DNA of 64,000 nucleotides, taken from positions 112,096,001 to 112,160,000 of the forward strand of contig OX597817.1 of the NCBI GenBank assembly GCA_951406725.2. Direction: 5' to 3'. Each line of letters starts with the position of its first letter. Within the stretch, counting starts at the first letter, position 1. The notes beneath the pieces were generated by a model that saw nothing but the letters and a program-made list of their open reading frames with translations, was not told where the DNA came from and made no database searches. The DNA is from Octopus vulgaris. Lineage: Eukaryota. The translations under genes were made by a program, and so were the position numbers. Shown piece after piece: positions 26,301-40,620 of this stretch.

Positions 26301-27581
26301 CATAGGTGTTATAACTCACCATTAAATTGCTAATTTTTCATTAAAAAAACAACAAAAAAACTTGGAATATTTGAAAGCAAATGGATTTCATGTGTTAAAA
26401 TTTGAGACTAAACTGTATTATAATTGGAACAAATTATTTAAAAGGAATTTTTTCTTGTTAATGTAACAAGATCCTAAGTGAGAAAGTGAAATTTTCTGTT
26501 TAATATTATATTTAATCAGAAATTTTTAACTAGGTCATCAATACAGCAATTACTTCTAAAATGATTCCTTTCAATATTGTTACTTAGCTTAAATAAGAAA
26601 AAAAAATCTCATTAAAGTAGATCTTGTTTGATTGAAGTATCAATGTTTTGGTTTACTGCTGAGAAAGCCTTTTCAAGTTTAGTTTCATAATAGCAACTAA
26701 TGCTTATTGGGAAAGATACACGGTACTATCCAAAATATTCTTTTGATTTAGAATGGTATTAAGAAACCTTAGATTTCTTTGGTTTCCAAAAACAAACTAA
26801 TCTTTTTTTCTCTTCATTTAAATAATAAGCCTAAATTTACTTTTCTATATTGTACAACTGATAAATACTATTCATGTATTAGAGGTAAGTGGGGGAGTTT
26901 AACATTACATATGTTTCATCATTATTTAATATCAAATATTTCAACACAAATTGTAACAAACTGAGATGAATTCACCTCCAAATTGACATTTGGTGAAATC
27001 GACAAAATGTGAAGTTATTTTGGCACTAAAAGCCACATATCACCCAGAAAATAACAAGTTTCTCTTCATTCATAGAATCATCTAGTATATTAATGTTTTC
27101 TGATTTTTGTAGGCATTATCAGCTAATGTGCTGCCTATATACAAACATTTTTTGTCACCATTTATTCCAAACAGTTGATTTACCAATTGGAATAAGGAAT
27201 ATGTTTGTTTCTTGTTTTTGTCTAATCTGTTGTCATTAGAATTGGCCTTACATCAAAATAAGATTTTGCATGCAGATGAGAGAAAGTGGAAGGAGGGGGG
27301 AGCTTTTAAAAACCCTTTTGTAATCATATTTCTAATGAAATATAATACTTGTATATTTCAATTAATTTTGGAATTACTCAGTAAATTAGAGGTTTAGTAA
27401 AATAATTAAAATTTTCATTTCTAAGCTAGTTTTTGAAATATAACAAAAGATTCCTTAAATAAATTATGATGAAAGGTTGTGTTTTCAATTTGAATACTTT
27501 AAAGTAAAGTTCAAAGTATTCTAGAACCAAAAGCCATGTTGGCAGGTTGATATAGAAAGGATTTAAATATATACATCTTAA

Positions 27582-27788
27582 CCCTTTTGTTGCCATATTT
27601 CTGTTGAAATGCATTGCTTTTATTTCAATTAATTTATAAAATAAAAAATTTAGTAAAGTTACTTCATCATTTTTAAGCTGGTGTTTAGAACATAAATTAA
27701 CAAAAAGATTTTAATTCAGTTTACTTTAAATCAAGAAATTTGTATCATATAATTATGGGTACTCTCAAATTGGTTGGTATCAAAAGGG
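27582..27788 (+). mobile_element. TTAA (piggyBac-type) MITE, older copy
   Basis: TTAA|cccttttgttgcca...tggtatcaaaaggg|ctaa; related to 31007-31229. Confidence 0.65.
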
Positions 27789-29378
27789 CTAAATTCTTAC
27801 CATGTGTATATAATTTAAGTAATTGTTCATTTAAATTCCAAAATCCAGGCTATATTAATAACTAAAAGAAACTGAGTTAAACTGGACTGATGTAGTTTAT
27901 ATATTATTCCTTCTAAATTCAGTTGTTCTTACATAAAAGGGGGTTAATTTAGTCTAGTAACAGTTTTAATATGTATATGACTCTGTAACTCACTCCATAT
28001 GTTAGGATATATTAACATTCCCAGTATAGATCCTTTGTTTCTAATTTTCATTTGCTTAACATTATTTCTTAAAATATTTAAAGTAAACATGTATGCAAGT
28101 GTTTTGTGTTTGTCAATGTGTTTGCATTTAATATAGATAACACAGGTGTGTTTGTGTTTAATTCATTTATTTCTCATAAGTATAATTATGTAAACATGAA
28201 AACATCTGATTTGGTTTGTAAATATTTCACCAATAAAATAGTTGCCTTATGTTGCTTTTTGGGGGCGAACATGAAAAAAATTATAAAAACAGTGTGTGCA
28301 TGTGTGATGTATCTTTTTTTCAGCACCAGTTTCCTTGTAGGAGAGAATTTGATTATAAATGTTGAAATTTATTTTTATGAGTTACAAAACAAATTTTTGC
28401 AGCTTTTTTTAAAACCAATAATTTAAATTTTTAGACAATCCAGGAATTCTGTTTTTCAAATCTTAATTTTTATGTTACTAGTATGATTTTATATTATCAC
28501 TAATTTTTTGTATTTGTTGTTAGGTATTTACAGAAAAGTAACTGGATCACAGTATTCAGCTTCATTCTCTATATTTTGTTAGAGGCAAAATGACTGAGTG
28601 GATTAGATATTGGACTATAAGCTCATAGGTCATTAGTTCAAATCCACTGTCTTAATTTCATTGTGTCTATGTGCAAAATGCTATTATATATTATTGCCTT
28701 GAGTGAGGTAGTTGTTGGGAATAGATGCCCATATCGTCTGGAAATGTTATCAATAATAAACCAATATCTTGTTCAGATGAAGATTTAGCTATCATCTATT
28801 TAATGTCTTGAAATTAGAGCCAAATGGAGAGCATCATTTTTTATTGATTAAAATAAAATTTACTCAGTAATTTCATGCTTGATTTACAAACCTTATATAC
28901 TGAAGTTGTCTTTTTAATATATGATTACATTGTCTTTTAATATATCTGGTTCAGAAGAATGTAAAATTAGATGTAGGTTTTATAGATTTATTTATGAAAT
29001 ATGCATTTGCTTTGTTCTCAATGTTTTTTGTTGATTTCAATATATCATTTCAATTTTATTGAAAATTCAGTAAAATTGAAAATTTTATGACTAATAGAGA
29101 AATCTGAAATTTTGTTTTTTGAATTAGGATTTTGTTTCATCAAATTCTCATTTATGTGATAAGCTGAAATAATTCAACCGGAAATGAAAATATCCTTAGA
29201 AAAGAATTTTTAAAATAAGGGTTCTTTTTTTCTTATTTCATTTAATTCCATTCAATCTTCATAGCTTAGATGGGTACTTTCTAATCAGAATAGTCTACCT
29301 TACTAAAATATCTTGACCTTACTTTAATGACACACTGTGGAGCTGTTGGAGTGTTAAACATTGTTTGCTTAATTTCAG

Positions 29379-29497
29379 TGAATTGAAAGATAGTTTGGCC
29401 AGTGATGCCATTGAAGGGGATATTCCAGATTTATTGAAAATGGTTTTAAGACAAGATCCCAATGTTTTTCATTCTACTGCTAGGAGAAATTATGATG
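29379..29497 (+). CDS. NIPBL: Nipped-B/NIPBL coding exon (N-terminal conserved block), phase 2 in / phase 1 out
   Basis: tttcAG|t...gatg|GTAAG. Translates ELKDSLASDAIEGDIPDLLKMVLRQDPNVFHSTARRNYD, which matches human NIPBL ELKDNLGSDDPEGDIPVLLQAVLARSPNVF as recalled from memory. Confidence 0.93.
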
Positions 29498-29733
29498 GTA
29501 AGAGCGATTTGATATTAATTTCTTTGTAATGTCCTCTGCTTCTTGAATATTAGAACATGACTACTTTATTGGCCAGCAAGGGGTAATTATATTTTTCTTT
29601 ATGTTATATTTTGGGGCCATGATGTCTTGAAATAGATATGAAACTGACTATCAATGTATATTAAAAGCCAAAAGACAAGCAAAAACAACCATCTGTTGTT
29701 TGTGTGTGTATCTAAATGAATACACATACATAG

Positions 29734-29784
<51 letters not shown>

Positions 29785-29792
29785 TATATGAA

Positions 29793-29844
<52 letters not shown>

Positions 29845-30622
29845 ATAAAGAGGCATTCTTTTTGTCATGTTCTAATTTAGCTATATGGTTTTTATTTTGC
29901 ATCTTGTTCAGATTTCTTTGTTTTATTTTTGTTTCTTAGAGGAGAATCTGTATTTTTCTTGGATTTATTTGAAAGTTACTGTGTAACATCTGTTTATTGG
30001 CTTTGTTTTCTTAAATCTTAAAGGGCTAATGTTATTTCCAGTAGCATTTTTATTATGTAACAAACCATATTCAAGAACTCGAAATAGCTTCTTTTAACTA
30101 ATGAAAGAGTTCTTTATACATTTACTTTTAGCTAATTTTAAAATGCTAAATAAATAGATTATTCTAAATGGCCTTAAATTATACTGAATCTAAACCATAA
30201 ATGTTGTCACAAGGTCACAAAAGGAATGCATTGGTATAAGTGAATATTTCAAGGTTAAAGTTTAAACCATTAGCATTTAAAGTGGCTATATCCAACCAAA
30301 ATATGTAAATGTTCAAACTGGCTACATCCAGCCTCTTACACCTGTCCTACAATGTCATTGTAAAATTAAAATTGAAATCTTAAAGCTACATGATAATTTA
30401 TGATTAATTCTAAGCAATGTAAATAAATAAGCATTACATTAGATAGGCTAATCTGAATACTAAATGGTTAAAATGTGAATTGGAGAAGGAACACAAAATT
30501 GTCTTGTGGGTATATTAAAAATAAAGGGAAGTTTTCTTAATGTCTTTTTATATTCTATATTTATTATTTGGAATTTGTAAAGCATATTCAGGTGCTTAAA
30601 TGAAGCCTTGAATCCTTTAGAA

Positions 30623-30894
30623 GAGCAATCCCCAACCTGTTTTAGACCATGGGCTTCTTTCATGCAAGACAATTTTTCCATGGTCCGAGGGTCACTCATA
30701 TAACAAAGCACAATTAAGTGTATAATACATAATGTAAATATTACATATATATATATTGCATGTATAATGCATATATAATGCAAAAACACCCTACAGACTG
30801 TGATACTCAATAAAATAGAGATAAAATGTTTTAAAAATCTATTCTTTTAACACAACCTGATGTCAAATAACAGCCTGGTGTTTGGGAACTGTTG
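30623..30894. mobile_element. hAT (Charlie/MER1-like) MITE with 8-bp TSD
   Basis: TSD ctttagaa at 30615-30622 and 30895-30902. Ends are gagcaatccccaacc and tttgggaactgttg. Confidence 0.78.
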
Positions 30895-31006
30895 CTTTAG
30901 AAAACCTCATTTCCTCAACGTGAACATCTATGATTGAATACCAGTTAGACTGTCTTTTTAATTTAAAAGCGTTGTCAATTTTATACACAAAGACACAATG
31001 ATTTAA

Positions 31007-31229
31007 CCCTTTCGTTACTGTATTTATTTTGAGATGCTCTGTGTTCCTTTCAATTAATTTTAAATATAACAAAGAATTTAATTAAAATAACTTAGTTATC
31101 ACTCAGCTAGTGTTAGGAACATAAATTATGACTAAGGTTTGATGGAAGATTTTAATTCAAAACTTATAAAAAAAAAGACATTTGTACACAGAGCCAGAGC
31201 CGGTTTCAGCCGGGTTGGTAACGAAAAGG
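31007..31229 (+). mobile_element. TTAA (piggyBac-type) MITE
   Basis: TTAA|ccctttcgttac...gtaacgaaaagg|TTAA. Confidence 0.85.
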
Positions 31230-32042
31230 TTAATCATTTACATAGATAAGTAGTTAAAAAGAATAATTGCTTTAAAAAAATTAAAACAACATATAAAATG
31301 AAGTTTTGACATGAAGTTAAGTAACAGATTTTAAAAATGAATTCTCTTTCCATTCCAATATATCATTAATGAAGTTAAATTTTATTACTTATCAGTTAAA
31401 CATATCCAGCTAAATTTAATGTAGAACTAAGTGGATATATGTGACACTATCACAAAGTTTTTTTGGTATATAATGATCTCATGAAAAGAAGCTTTTATAC
31501 ATGGGCAGTTAATAATGTATATACATATGAATTTGTAATGTTTATTTTTGATTCTATAAGAATGACCCTTTAAGATTTAAATTGTTGATACAAAATATGA
31601 TTTTAGTATTCTGTTTAGTTCTTGTGGCACTGTTATCTTTTTGTTTTGGGTAAGGTTTTATCAAATTCGTTGAATCTTTTGTTGCTGTCATTTTAATTTT
31701 GTTCTTTTTTTGTAGTGCTTTGTGACATATTGTTAGCATGTCAAAGTTTGCTTTTTTTTCTGAGCCTGTGCTAGAGTATGTTAAGTGTACTTGTGAGTGC
31801 ATCTGTTATAATATTTGATATTGTTTGTCTACAAAGTTTTGAGGGTGCATTTTTGAAATATTGGAGATACTAGTAGTAGTGCCTAGAATATTTTCATATT
31901 TATATAATTGTAATTGAATTTTGAATTCCAATATTTCAATGATGGCAATTCTCAAATAATTACAAAAATTTGATAGAATCAATTATTTTATTTAATTCTG
32001 TTTCACATTGTTGAGTAATTTGTTATTACAAAAGCTCATACC

Positions 32043-32102
<60 letters not shown>

Positions 32103-34415
32103 ATATATATATATATAAATGAACATTTGCCACCATTATGCTTTATTTAGTATATTTTAATAACAAAGACTTTTTATTAGAAAGAAACACCAGAAGATCA
32201 AAATATGAACCACATTTGTATTAAACTGTTTTCAGAAGTAAATTTTAAGTTATCATTTCTTTATTTTAGCACATTCCTTGCAAAAACAAGGAATATCTGT
32301 CATTTCGTATTGCATTCATTTTGCAAGAAATCCCTATGTACGTACTCTTACCTACACATATAGTACTGTGTATGAAATCTAATATTTCAGATACTCTTAT
32401 ATATACTCAACATGCATTAAATATTTGTTCATATTTGAATGAAAATTTCTTGTTCTATTTTTTAACCTTTGACTTTATAGGGAAAATAAACTGAATTATA
32501 TTTAGATTGAAGTGTAAAACCATATTTTTTATTTAAGCTAAATACTTTTAATCAACTTGATAATTATTACTGATAATTCATTTGTTAGATGCATTTATCA
32601 TAGTAGTTTTTACTAATAAATGTAAAAATGTTGCTTGACTGCAGTACTTTAACTGATTGAAACTTTACAAGGAAAATCAAGGATAAAATGCAATTTGTAA
32701 TATTCTGAGATAGAGTTGACAACAGAAAAGAAACCATTAGCATATGTTTATAAATGTTTCAGAATTGAATGCCTAAAGTGTTCTGAATTGGAGCAGGTGC
32801 TGGTTAATATGTACACTTTTTCAATGGCACTTATTAGAGAAATATTTACAGAATATTTGTATATTTAGCTTTTTAGTTGGTTACAGTTTTTTTAAAGAAT
32901 TGTATTTGACATTAAAATGAATAAATTGGTTTCAAATTTGATTCCAGTTCTATTTTGAATTAGATATATTGCTTTCTTACAATTCCTTAATGTTTTTCTA
33001 TTATTTCCATCTGTATCAGCAGTAATTTTGTTTGATTTTGATTTATATGTTGAGTTATAATTATAAAGTTAATGAAAGCAAAATTTTCTTTTTCTTTTTA
33101 TTGGTTAGATTAGTGGAAAACATGCAAATATGCATTAATTTCTTTAGAGTAGTTTGTTTGGTCTGTTGAAGCTGAAAAGAATTTTCAAACTACTCCTTCT
33201 ATAACTTAGAGTAAACATTTCACTGCTTTGCACCAGAAACTCTGGTTATAGTTTCTAGAGGAAACCCATGCTTGCTATCTAAGGAGTAATATCTGCTTTC
33301 ACATTTCCTGGATTAATCTATTGCAACTGTCAACATTCACATTCCAAATAGAGAGTTTGTGCTCCAAGCACCACCTTCAGTGCATTTATCAAAGTGGCTA
33401 CTGAACTGCTTCCATTCTTGCACCATAACTGTGTCAAGAAAATTTTCTCAGTATTCTGTGAATAGGATATCTTAATTAATTTGTACCTTTTTTTTTTGTT
33501 TTACTTAAGTTAGCACAATAGAAGTTCAGTGTCTTGCTCCAGTGATGGTGTAGTACTTGTAGACTACATAATGTGATGCTAAATGACATAAATTCCAATG
33601 TGTATCTGGTTATTAGCTTACTTTCCCTAGGGGGCACTTTTTCTGTTTGTTATCTTTATTTAGGCATCTTTTGAGAATAATATCTTTTATATATTGTCAA
33701 GGTTCCTATCTGCAAATGGGAAAATAGAATTTTTGCTTTGATTATGATCTGTAATTTTTGTCACTTTCAAGGCAACTCAAATGCGATAATCATGCATTAT
33801 CTACATAACTAAGCTTGATTTAGGAATATTTTGAAATCTTTAGTTACTATTTTTATTTTGCTATTTTGAAAAATTTATGACTTAAAACATATTTAATCTT
33901 TTCATAGTAGAACAAGAATATGCAAATCTTCATTTAATCTTTTTTAATTTATTTCTTATACCTGTTCTTGATGTACTACAATGTTTTGTGTGAACTATAG
34001 TTCTCGTGGTCTTGATGTATTTTTATATCATCTTGTTCTTTTTTTATAATTTTATATCAGTCATTGGTTTTATCATTTTAGCTTTTATATTTAATACCAT
34101 CTCATGACTTGTAGATGGAACAGACTTGATATAGTCTTCTAATATACATTTTACCTTGAAATATTTTATTGTAGAAAAAGAAAAAAAAAGAAAGTACTTT
34201 GGGAAAAATGAATGTGGGAATAGAACATCCATTCTTACATTCACTTTCTCCTTTTTCACATCTTTAGGATTTATTTTCCCCTCTTCTAGATTATCGCTTT
34301 GATATATTATTTTTTCAGGTCATTTTTCAATCATTGGTCAGAACTAAACATTTTATAACTGATATATTTTAATTATCTTTTGGTATAGCTTAAATGCCTG
34401 TGTGCGTGTGCGTGC

Positions 34416-34463
<48 letters not shown>

Positions 34464-34649
34464 CAAATAGGGAGGGTTTATCAGCCTGGGCAAAATACTT
34501 CATAAACTCTCTGATGGCACACCAGGCTAACAAAATTAGATTAGTGAAGAACTCTAAGTAATTTTTTGGTAGGGTTCTAAGTTATGGTTCATCACAATTA
34601 TATGTGTGTGTGTGTGATAGAAAATGGAATGATCGACATTCTTTATTTA

Positions 34650-34755
34650 AACCACTACAATTGTTTCTACACATTGTCCCCCGTCACACATTGGCGAGAT
34701 GTTGTGTAATCATTATCATCTGTCCAAGGTGTAAAATGCACCTCCTCAAGTGATT
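34650..34755 (-). ncRNA. Degenerate hammerhead ribozyme-like motif
   Basis: Minus strand: aatcac-TTGAGGA-ggtgca...tgtgta-GAAAC-AATT-GTA-gtggtt. Stem I is aatcac/gtggtt; the first core C reads T. Confidence 0.5.
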
Positions 34756-34904
34756 TTTTGAATAAGTCCTTCATTAGATCCTGTCTAACTCACTATGAGA
34801 ATGCATACACAAAATGATGTATCATTCTCAGTAGTTTACAGACAAAAGTAAACATGGATATAATGACTGACAAAATACAATCATAATCAAAATACAAAAT
34901 ACAC

Positions 34905-36024
34905 ATCATCATCATCATCATCATCATCGTTGTCGTCTAACGTCCGTTTTCCATGCTAGCATGGGTTGGACGGTTCGACTGGGGTCTGGGAAGCCAGGAG
35001 GCTGCACCAGGCTCCAGTCTGATCTGGCAGTGTTTCTACAGCTGGGTGCCCTTCCTAACGCCAACCACTCCGTGAGTGTAGTGAGTGCTTTTTACGTGGC
35101 ACAGGTGCTAGGCAAAGCTGGCAATGGCCATGATCGGTTGGTGCTTTTTATGTGCCACCGGCACGGAAGCCAGTTGAGGCGGCACTGGCAATGGCCACGT
35201 TCGGATGGTACTTTTTACATGCCACCGGCACTGGTATCACAACTATAATTTCCATTGATTTTTTTATTGATTTCGATTTCACTTGCCTCAATAGGTCTTC
35301 ACAAGCAGAGTTTTGTGTCCAAAGATGGAAAGGTATGCATAAGTGGAGTGGCTACATCCCAAGTAAAGGCCACGGGTTATGGTCTCACTTGTCCTGCCGG
35401 GTCTTCTCACGCACAGCATATTTCCAAAGGCCTCAGTCACTAGTCATTGCCTTGGTGAGACCTAATGTTTGAAGATCGTACTTCACCACCTCGTCCCAGG
35501 TTTTCCTGGGTCTACCTTTTCCACAGGTTCCCTCAACCGCTAGGGTGTGGCACTTTTTCACACACCTATCTTCATCCATTCTCGTCACATGACCATACCA
35601 GCGCAGTCATCTCTCTTGCACACTACAACTGATGCTTCTTAGGTCCAACCTTTCTCTCAAGGTATTTACACTCTGTCGAGTATGAACACTGACATTACAC
35701 ATCCACTTGTGCTGGTGGCATGTGAAAAACATTCGAGCAAGGTCTTTGCCAGTGCCACTGGACTGGCTCCTGTGCAGGTGGCACATAAAAAAGCACCATT
35801 TGAGTATGGCCGCTGCCAGTACCGCCTGACTGGCCCTCGTGCCGGTGGCACGTAAAAGCACCCACTACACACTCAAAGTGGTTGGCGTTAGGAAGGGTAT
35901 CAAGCTGTAGAAACTCTGCCAGATCAGATTGGAGTCTGGTGCAGCTATCTGGTTCACAAGACCTCAGTCAAATTGTCCAACCCATGCTAGCATGGAAAGC
36001 AGACGTTTAAACGATGATGATGAT
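34905..36024. mobile_element. Two copies of the (ATG)n-tailed RTE-type LINE 3' end joined in opposite orientation, tails outward
   Basis: The left copy (minus, to about 35706) includes WMCNVSV...LRWYGHVTRMDEDRCVKK...GRPRKTWDEVV. The right copy (plus, about 35707-36024) is 3'UTR ending (gat)n. Confidence 0.82.
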
Positions 36025-38150
36025 CTTTAGTATTTCCAAAAGCACTTATTATGAAGATTGTTTGTTTTCAATCCCTACATTCCAGGTATCTGTTCTCAAT
36101 CCTTTATATTTAATTACTGTTATTGATGTATACTGGAATTGATTAAGGACATAATGATGTGCCTTTGTGTTTATTGGTTAATTCAGTCAGTTAGCCTATT
36201 GACATAGTATGTGTATACTTTGTTGACAATCTTTCTGTTATGTAATACTTTGGAATTAGTTTCCTCTTCCAATTTACCAAAAAGAAAGAATAGAATGTTG
36301 GTAAATGCTATCAGTAACATAAAATGTAAAACAGTAGCTTTTGAAACAAAATTATAAAAGGACAAAAAATGTAGGGAAAAACCCACTAAAAATTTAACTT
36401 AAAAATTTTCTTTTGGCTACTCAACATTATCTATGATATTTATGGGTTTAGGAAATATTTGAATGAAATTGTAAGTGTGTAGTCCTTGCATGTATGAGGA
36501 TATATCATACAGATGTGATCATCCTTAATCTTTGCATTTATCACTATGGCAGCTGATTAATTACAATAAATAAACATATCTATTAAAAAGATTGCTCCTT
36601 GTGATTAATTCTGATCCATGCTTTAGATGATGAATAGTAGAAAGCAGGTAACTATGCAGAACCATTTACTGTTTATAATAAATATACTTGGGTTTACTGT
36701 TTTGGAGATTGGTTTTTGCAAAAAAAATATTCCATTTCATGTACTATTGATAATAATAGATAATGTACTTCTTTAGCGTACCTGTGATCCACAATTTCAG
36801 TAACACCCAAATGTTAGATTAATGTTTATGCAACCCCTCCCCCACACACTACTTGTGCAATTAATAGACTACATCTTTGGCACACATTTGATAAATTAAT
36901 TATTGATAAGGCTACCTAACATTAAAAGAATTTTGGAAATCATTTAATGCTCTACCATATGCAGTAAAAATAAAAGGAATCTGGAGCAAATATTGAGAGA
37001 AAAAGTATGAAAAATGTTTGAAACAAATTATCCCATCAATTTATGGACAATATCAAGGGATTTGAAAACCGAGTAAAGATTGTGAAAACTAAAACAGTAG
37101 TTATTTTTAAATTACTAATCATATGCACTTTCATGTTTCTACATGAATGATCTATTTTAGTTACATGGCTAAAATCTAACAAAGGCTTACTTAATTGGAA
37201 TGGAAGAACATTGTAGAAAGTATGAAGATCTGATAATAGAAACTTCTGTTTATTCACAACTTTTCACATAGTCAAATAGAGGTTTATATTTTCAAGTCCC
37301 AAGATTCAAATTTTGAATGAGTTAAAAACTTACTGCTAATTTAAATAAATTAGATAAATTAATTCATGTCTAATATTATGACGTTCGTGCAAAAAAAGAA
37401 AAGACCATCATGTTTTTATCCTTGACACATAAAGTCCAAAGAAAAAAAAAAACACCTACTTCAAGTGAACCAAATATGAGTAGCAAGGTCACATAAAATG
37501 ATGAATGCAAAATGAGCAGTAAAAAATAAATGAATAAAAAAAAAAAAGCGCTATTTGATTGTTCATTATTTGTAATGGATTTAGTATGTTTGATATATTA
37601 AATCATTCGTTTTGCCTAAGTTGTTACATTGTTCCTCAACACTTTAAAAATGTTATGCTAGATCTCATCAGTGAGAACTTAACCATCACTTAATTTGGTA
37701 TTTCTCTGTTTCTTCATTCTTAGGTTCTCTTTTATATTTATTGGTGTTCCTGAAGTGCTCCACTCCTGTCTAAAAAAAAAAAAAAAAAGTGGGGAAGCAG
37801 GGTGGGGGGAAGAAAAAAAGAACTGGTGCTTTTTTTTGCTACTATTTAAAAAAATTTCGCAGAGTGTTGATCCAAATAAATCCCTGCAGTATTTGTTCTT
37901 GATTTTCACACTTCAAGTTCAAATCATGCTGACATCAATTTTGCATTTCATCTCTGCAGGGTCAGTAAAATAAAGTGCCTGTCAAGTACTGGGAATGATT
38001 TATCAACTAAACCCCCACCCTAATTCACTCCACCCAAAATTTCTAGTCTTGTGCTTATGCTAGAAATTATCACCATCATTAAGATCTTGCTAAGATTTAT
38101 CATGTATTCCATCCTTCTGAGAGTTAAGTGTCAGTCATATTTAGGTGTTA

Positions 38151-38241
<91 letters not shown>

Positions 38242-38249
38242 CGCGTGCG

Positions 38250-38990
38250 TGTGCATGTTTGCTGCGCCTGGAGGAAGGAAGTGTCCAATGCCTTTGCAAG
38301 CCTTCTAAGGCTGGTGCGATTGAAGCCATTAATGTTCTTCCTGCACCATTACTAGTCAATACCTGCAGGAGAGTAGGGAGTTTCACGACATTGATGTTTT
38401 GGGAAGGACAGATAAGGCGTAGTGATCAGTATGGGTTGAGGAAGATGGGAGTGAGCATAATGAGAGTGATGAGAGAAGTAGAGATGATAAGGCCGGGAAG
38501 TGAGCAAGTGGCATGAGCACAGCTAGTTCTGAGGAGTAGATACCATTATTGTACCAATAGGGGAGAGATAGAGAGAGAGAGAGGGAGGAGATAGTTGTAG
38601 ACCAGAAACTGGTGCATATCTTTTAGTGACTTTACACAAATTAAGTAACCCTCTTCTAGATATAGTCTAGGGTGTCTGCATGTGCAGCAGTAGCATCATT
38701 CCAGATGTGGGCAACACACACCATTGTGTGTTCCACACGAGCTTTATAGAAGGTGAATAATTGTTTTCTGGCCCTGAAGAGAGAGGCTAGTTGTTGGGAT
38801 GCAGTTTTAGCTATGATTAATATATGCTTTTGCTGTGAGAAATCCTCAGTGGTAGTGAGGCCTAACATATGGAACTGTTGTGAAGGCTTTAGTTGCATGC
38901 TGCTTACTTTGTGGGGAACTGTGTGATGTTTTTTTTTTTTTTGGAGGTGGGGGCATCACCCTCACTGCAACAGGAGTAGCATGTAGCTAA
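38250..38990 (-). pseudogene. Decayed CR1/L2/Jockey-like LINE 3' fragment
   Basis: QLASLFRARKQLFTFYKARVEHTMVCVAHIW (compare LYKAQIRPxMEYCSHIW). Similar relics on + at about 57890-58380 and 47280-47450. Confidence 0.55.
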
Positions 38991-39020
38991 AGCCTTGTAA
39001 GAAATTATTATTGCTATTAA

Positions 39021-39218
39021 CCCTTTTGATACCATCCCGACTGAAACCGGCTCTGGCTCTGAGTACAAATGTCTAGTTTTCATAAGTTTTGAATTAAAAT
39101 CTTCCACCAAACCTTAGCCACAATTTATGTTCCTAACACCAGCTGAGTGATAACTAAGTTATTTAAAGTAATTGAAAGAAATACAGAACATCTCAAAATA
39201 AATACAGTAACGTAAGGA
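39021..39218 (-). mobile_element. TTAA MITE, inverted copy of 31007-31229
   Basis: TTAA|cccttttgatacc...ctgaaaccggctctggctct...gtaacgtaagga|TTAA. Confidence 0.82.
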
Positions 39219-40188
39219 TTAAGATGGTAGTTATGACAGTATACTGGCAGAATTTCTCATATTGGAAAAAAAATGTTTTGCAAAATTTGTTTTGGCTTTT
39301 TATGGTCTGAGTTCATATCCTATTGAGGTCAGTTTTGTCTCCTGTCTTTGTAGGGTTAATAAAAAATAAAGTACCAGTCAAGTCCTGCTGTTAATTTCAT
39401 CAACTAACTCTCTTTCAGATTTGTGGCCTTGTGCTTTGGTTAGAAAATTCTATTAAGAGGATGGTTGGTGGTAGAATCAGTAACACATGAAAGAGTTCTA
39501 CACATTTTTGCCTCATGGTATTTATTTAGATCCTTAGATTTTCTGAGTTTAAATGCTCTCTAAGTTGACTTTAACTTGCATCTGTCCAGGGTCAAGTACT
39601 GGTTTGGGTCAGGGTGATTTACTTAAGATGCCTATCCCAAATAGTTTTCAAAATTTAGTTATCTCCCTCTATATTCTTATCTTGGATGATTGACTTTCAC
39701 ACTTTCAAGAGATGGATGTCATGACTTTTTATTTTTGGTTAAAACATTCTTTCTAGCAGAATTTGTTTTGGGGAATCAGTTTTCACAAATTTGTATATAT
39801 ATCATTTTCTCTCCCCACCCCATCTCCCGAGATAATTTTTTTTTATCTCATTTTTTTTTATAAATGTATTTTTCTAATTACAAATATTGTAATAAAATTT
39901 ATTTTATAAGATTATATTTTGAGATGCTACGAATCTATTTTGATTGTTATGTTAAGTTGCAAGCCAACCCTGAGTAAGTTGCCCTGAAAAAGATTTTGCC
40001 TATGACCATTTTATCTTCTATTTCAGTCATAATATATCTAGAACTATGTAAACTGATCACTTTTTTTTTTTTATGTTAAAGAAAGTAAGTTGTGATTTAA
40101 GGGAGATTTTGCTACCATTTCTACCAGTTTGAGCAGTCTCATAAGGGTTTCTAAAAGGTGTACAACGTATTTCATGACAAAACCATTG

Positions 40189-40620
40189 GGTACTTTTTGG
40201 TTATCTCACCCCCATTAAAAAGTTGCCATTAAAAAATTGGGTTATTTCCCCACTAAAAAATTGAGTTAATGTGGTGACATGAGATTGGATTAAAAGAGTT
40301 AGATCCTTTTGATTCAATACTTCAACACATTGTTGATGTTTGGTCTCCTCATTAGGAATGGTATGATTTGTTATAAAAATATTATCAGATTCAGTAAGAT
40401 GTTTAATTTTTCAGTTTTGTTTTTGTCATAAAAATATCAGTTTCAAAACGATGTTTAATTTTTTTCACTTTTTATGTTTATTAATTAAAAAATTTTTTTT
40501 TGGTTTTATTGAGTGTTAAACAATTTTTTTAGTTGGAGATAACCAAAAGTATCGCTATTTCTCGTAAAATGATGGGGAGATAACTCAATTTTTTAATTGG
40601 GGGGAGAACCAAAAAGTACC
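40189..40620. mobile_element. MITE with GGTACTTTTTGGTT TIRs and 8-bp near-TSD
   Basis: aaccattg|ggtactttttggtt...aaccaaaaagtacc|aaacattg (7/8 match), with reiterated subterminal ggttatctcccc...aattaaaaaattgag motifs. Confidence 0.75.

Noticed and set aside
1-29378. Upstream NIPBL exons (MNGD...ITTLAG and LPLPSPLP...TDHI equivalents)
   Set aside because: I scanned candidate acceptors (for example near 18020 and 27110) by eye and found no matching peptide. They are probably upstream of the window but could have been missed.
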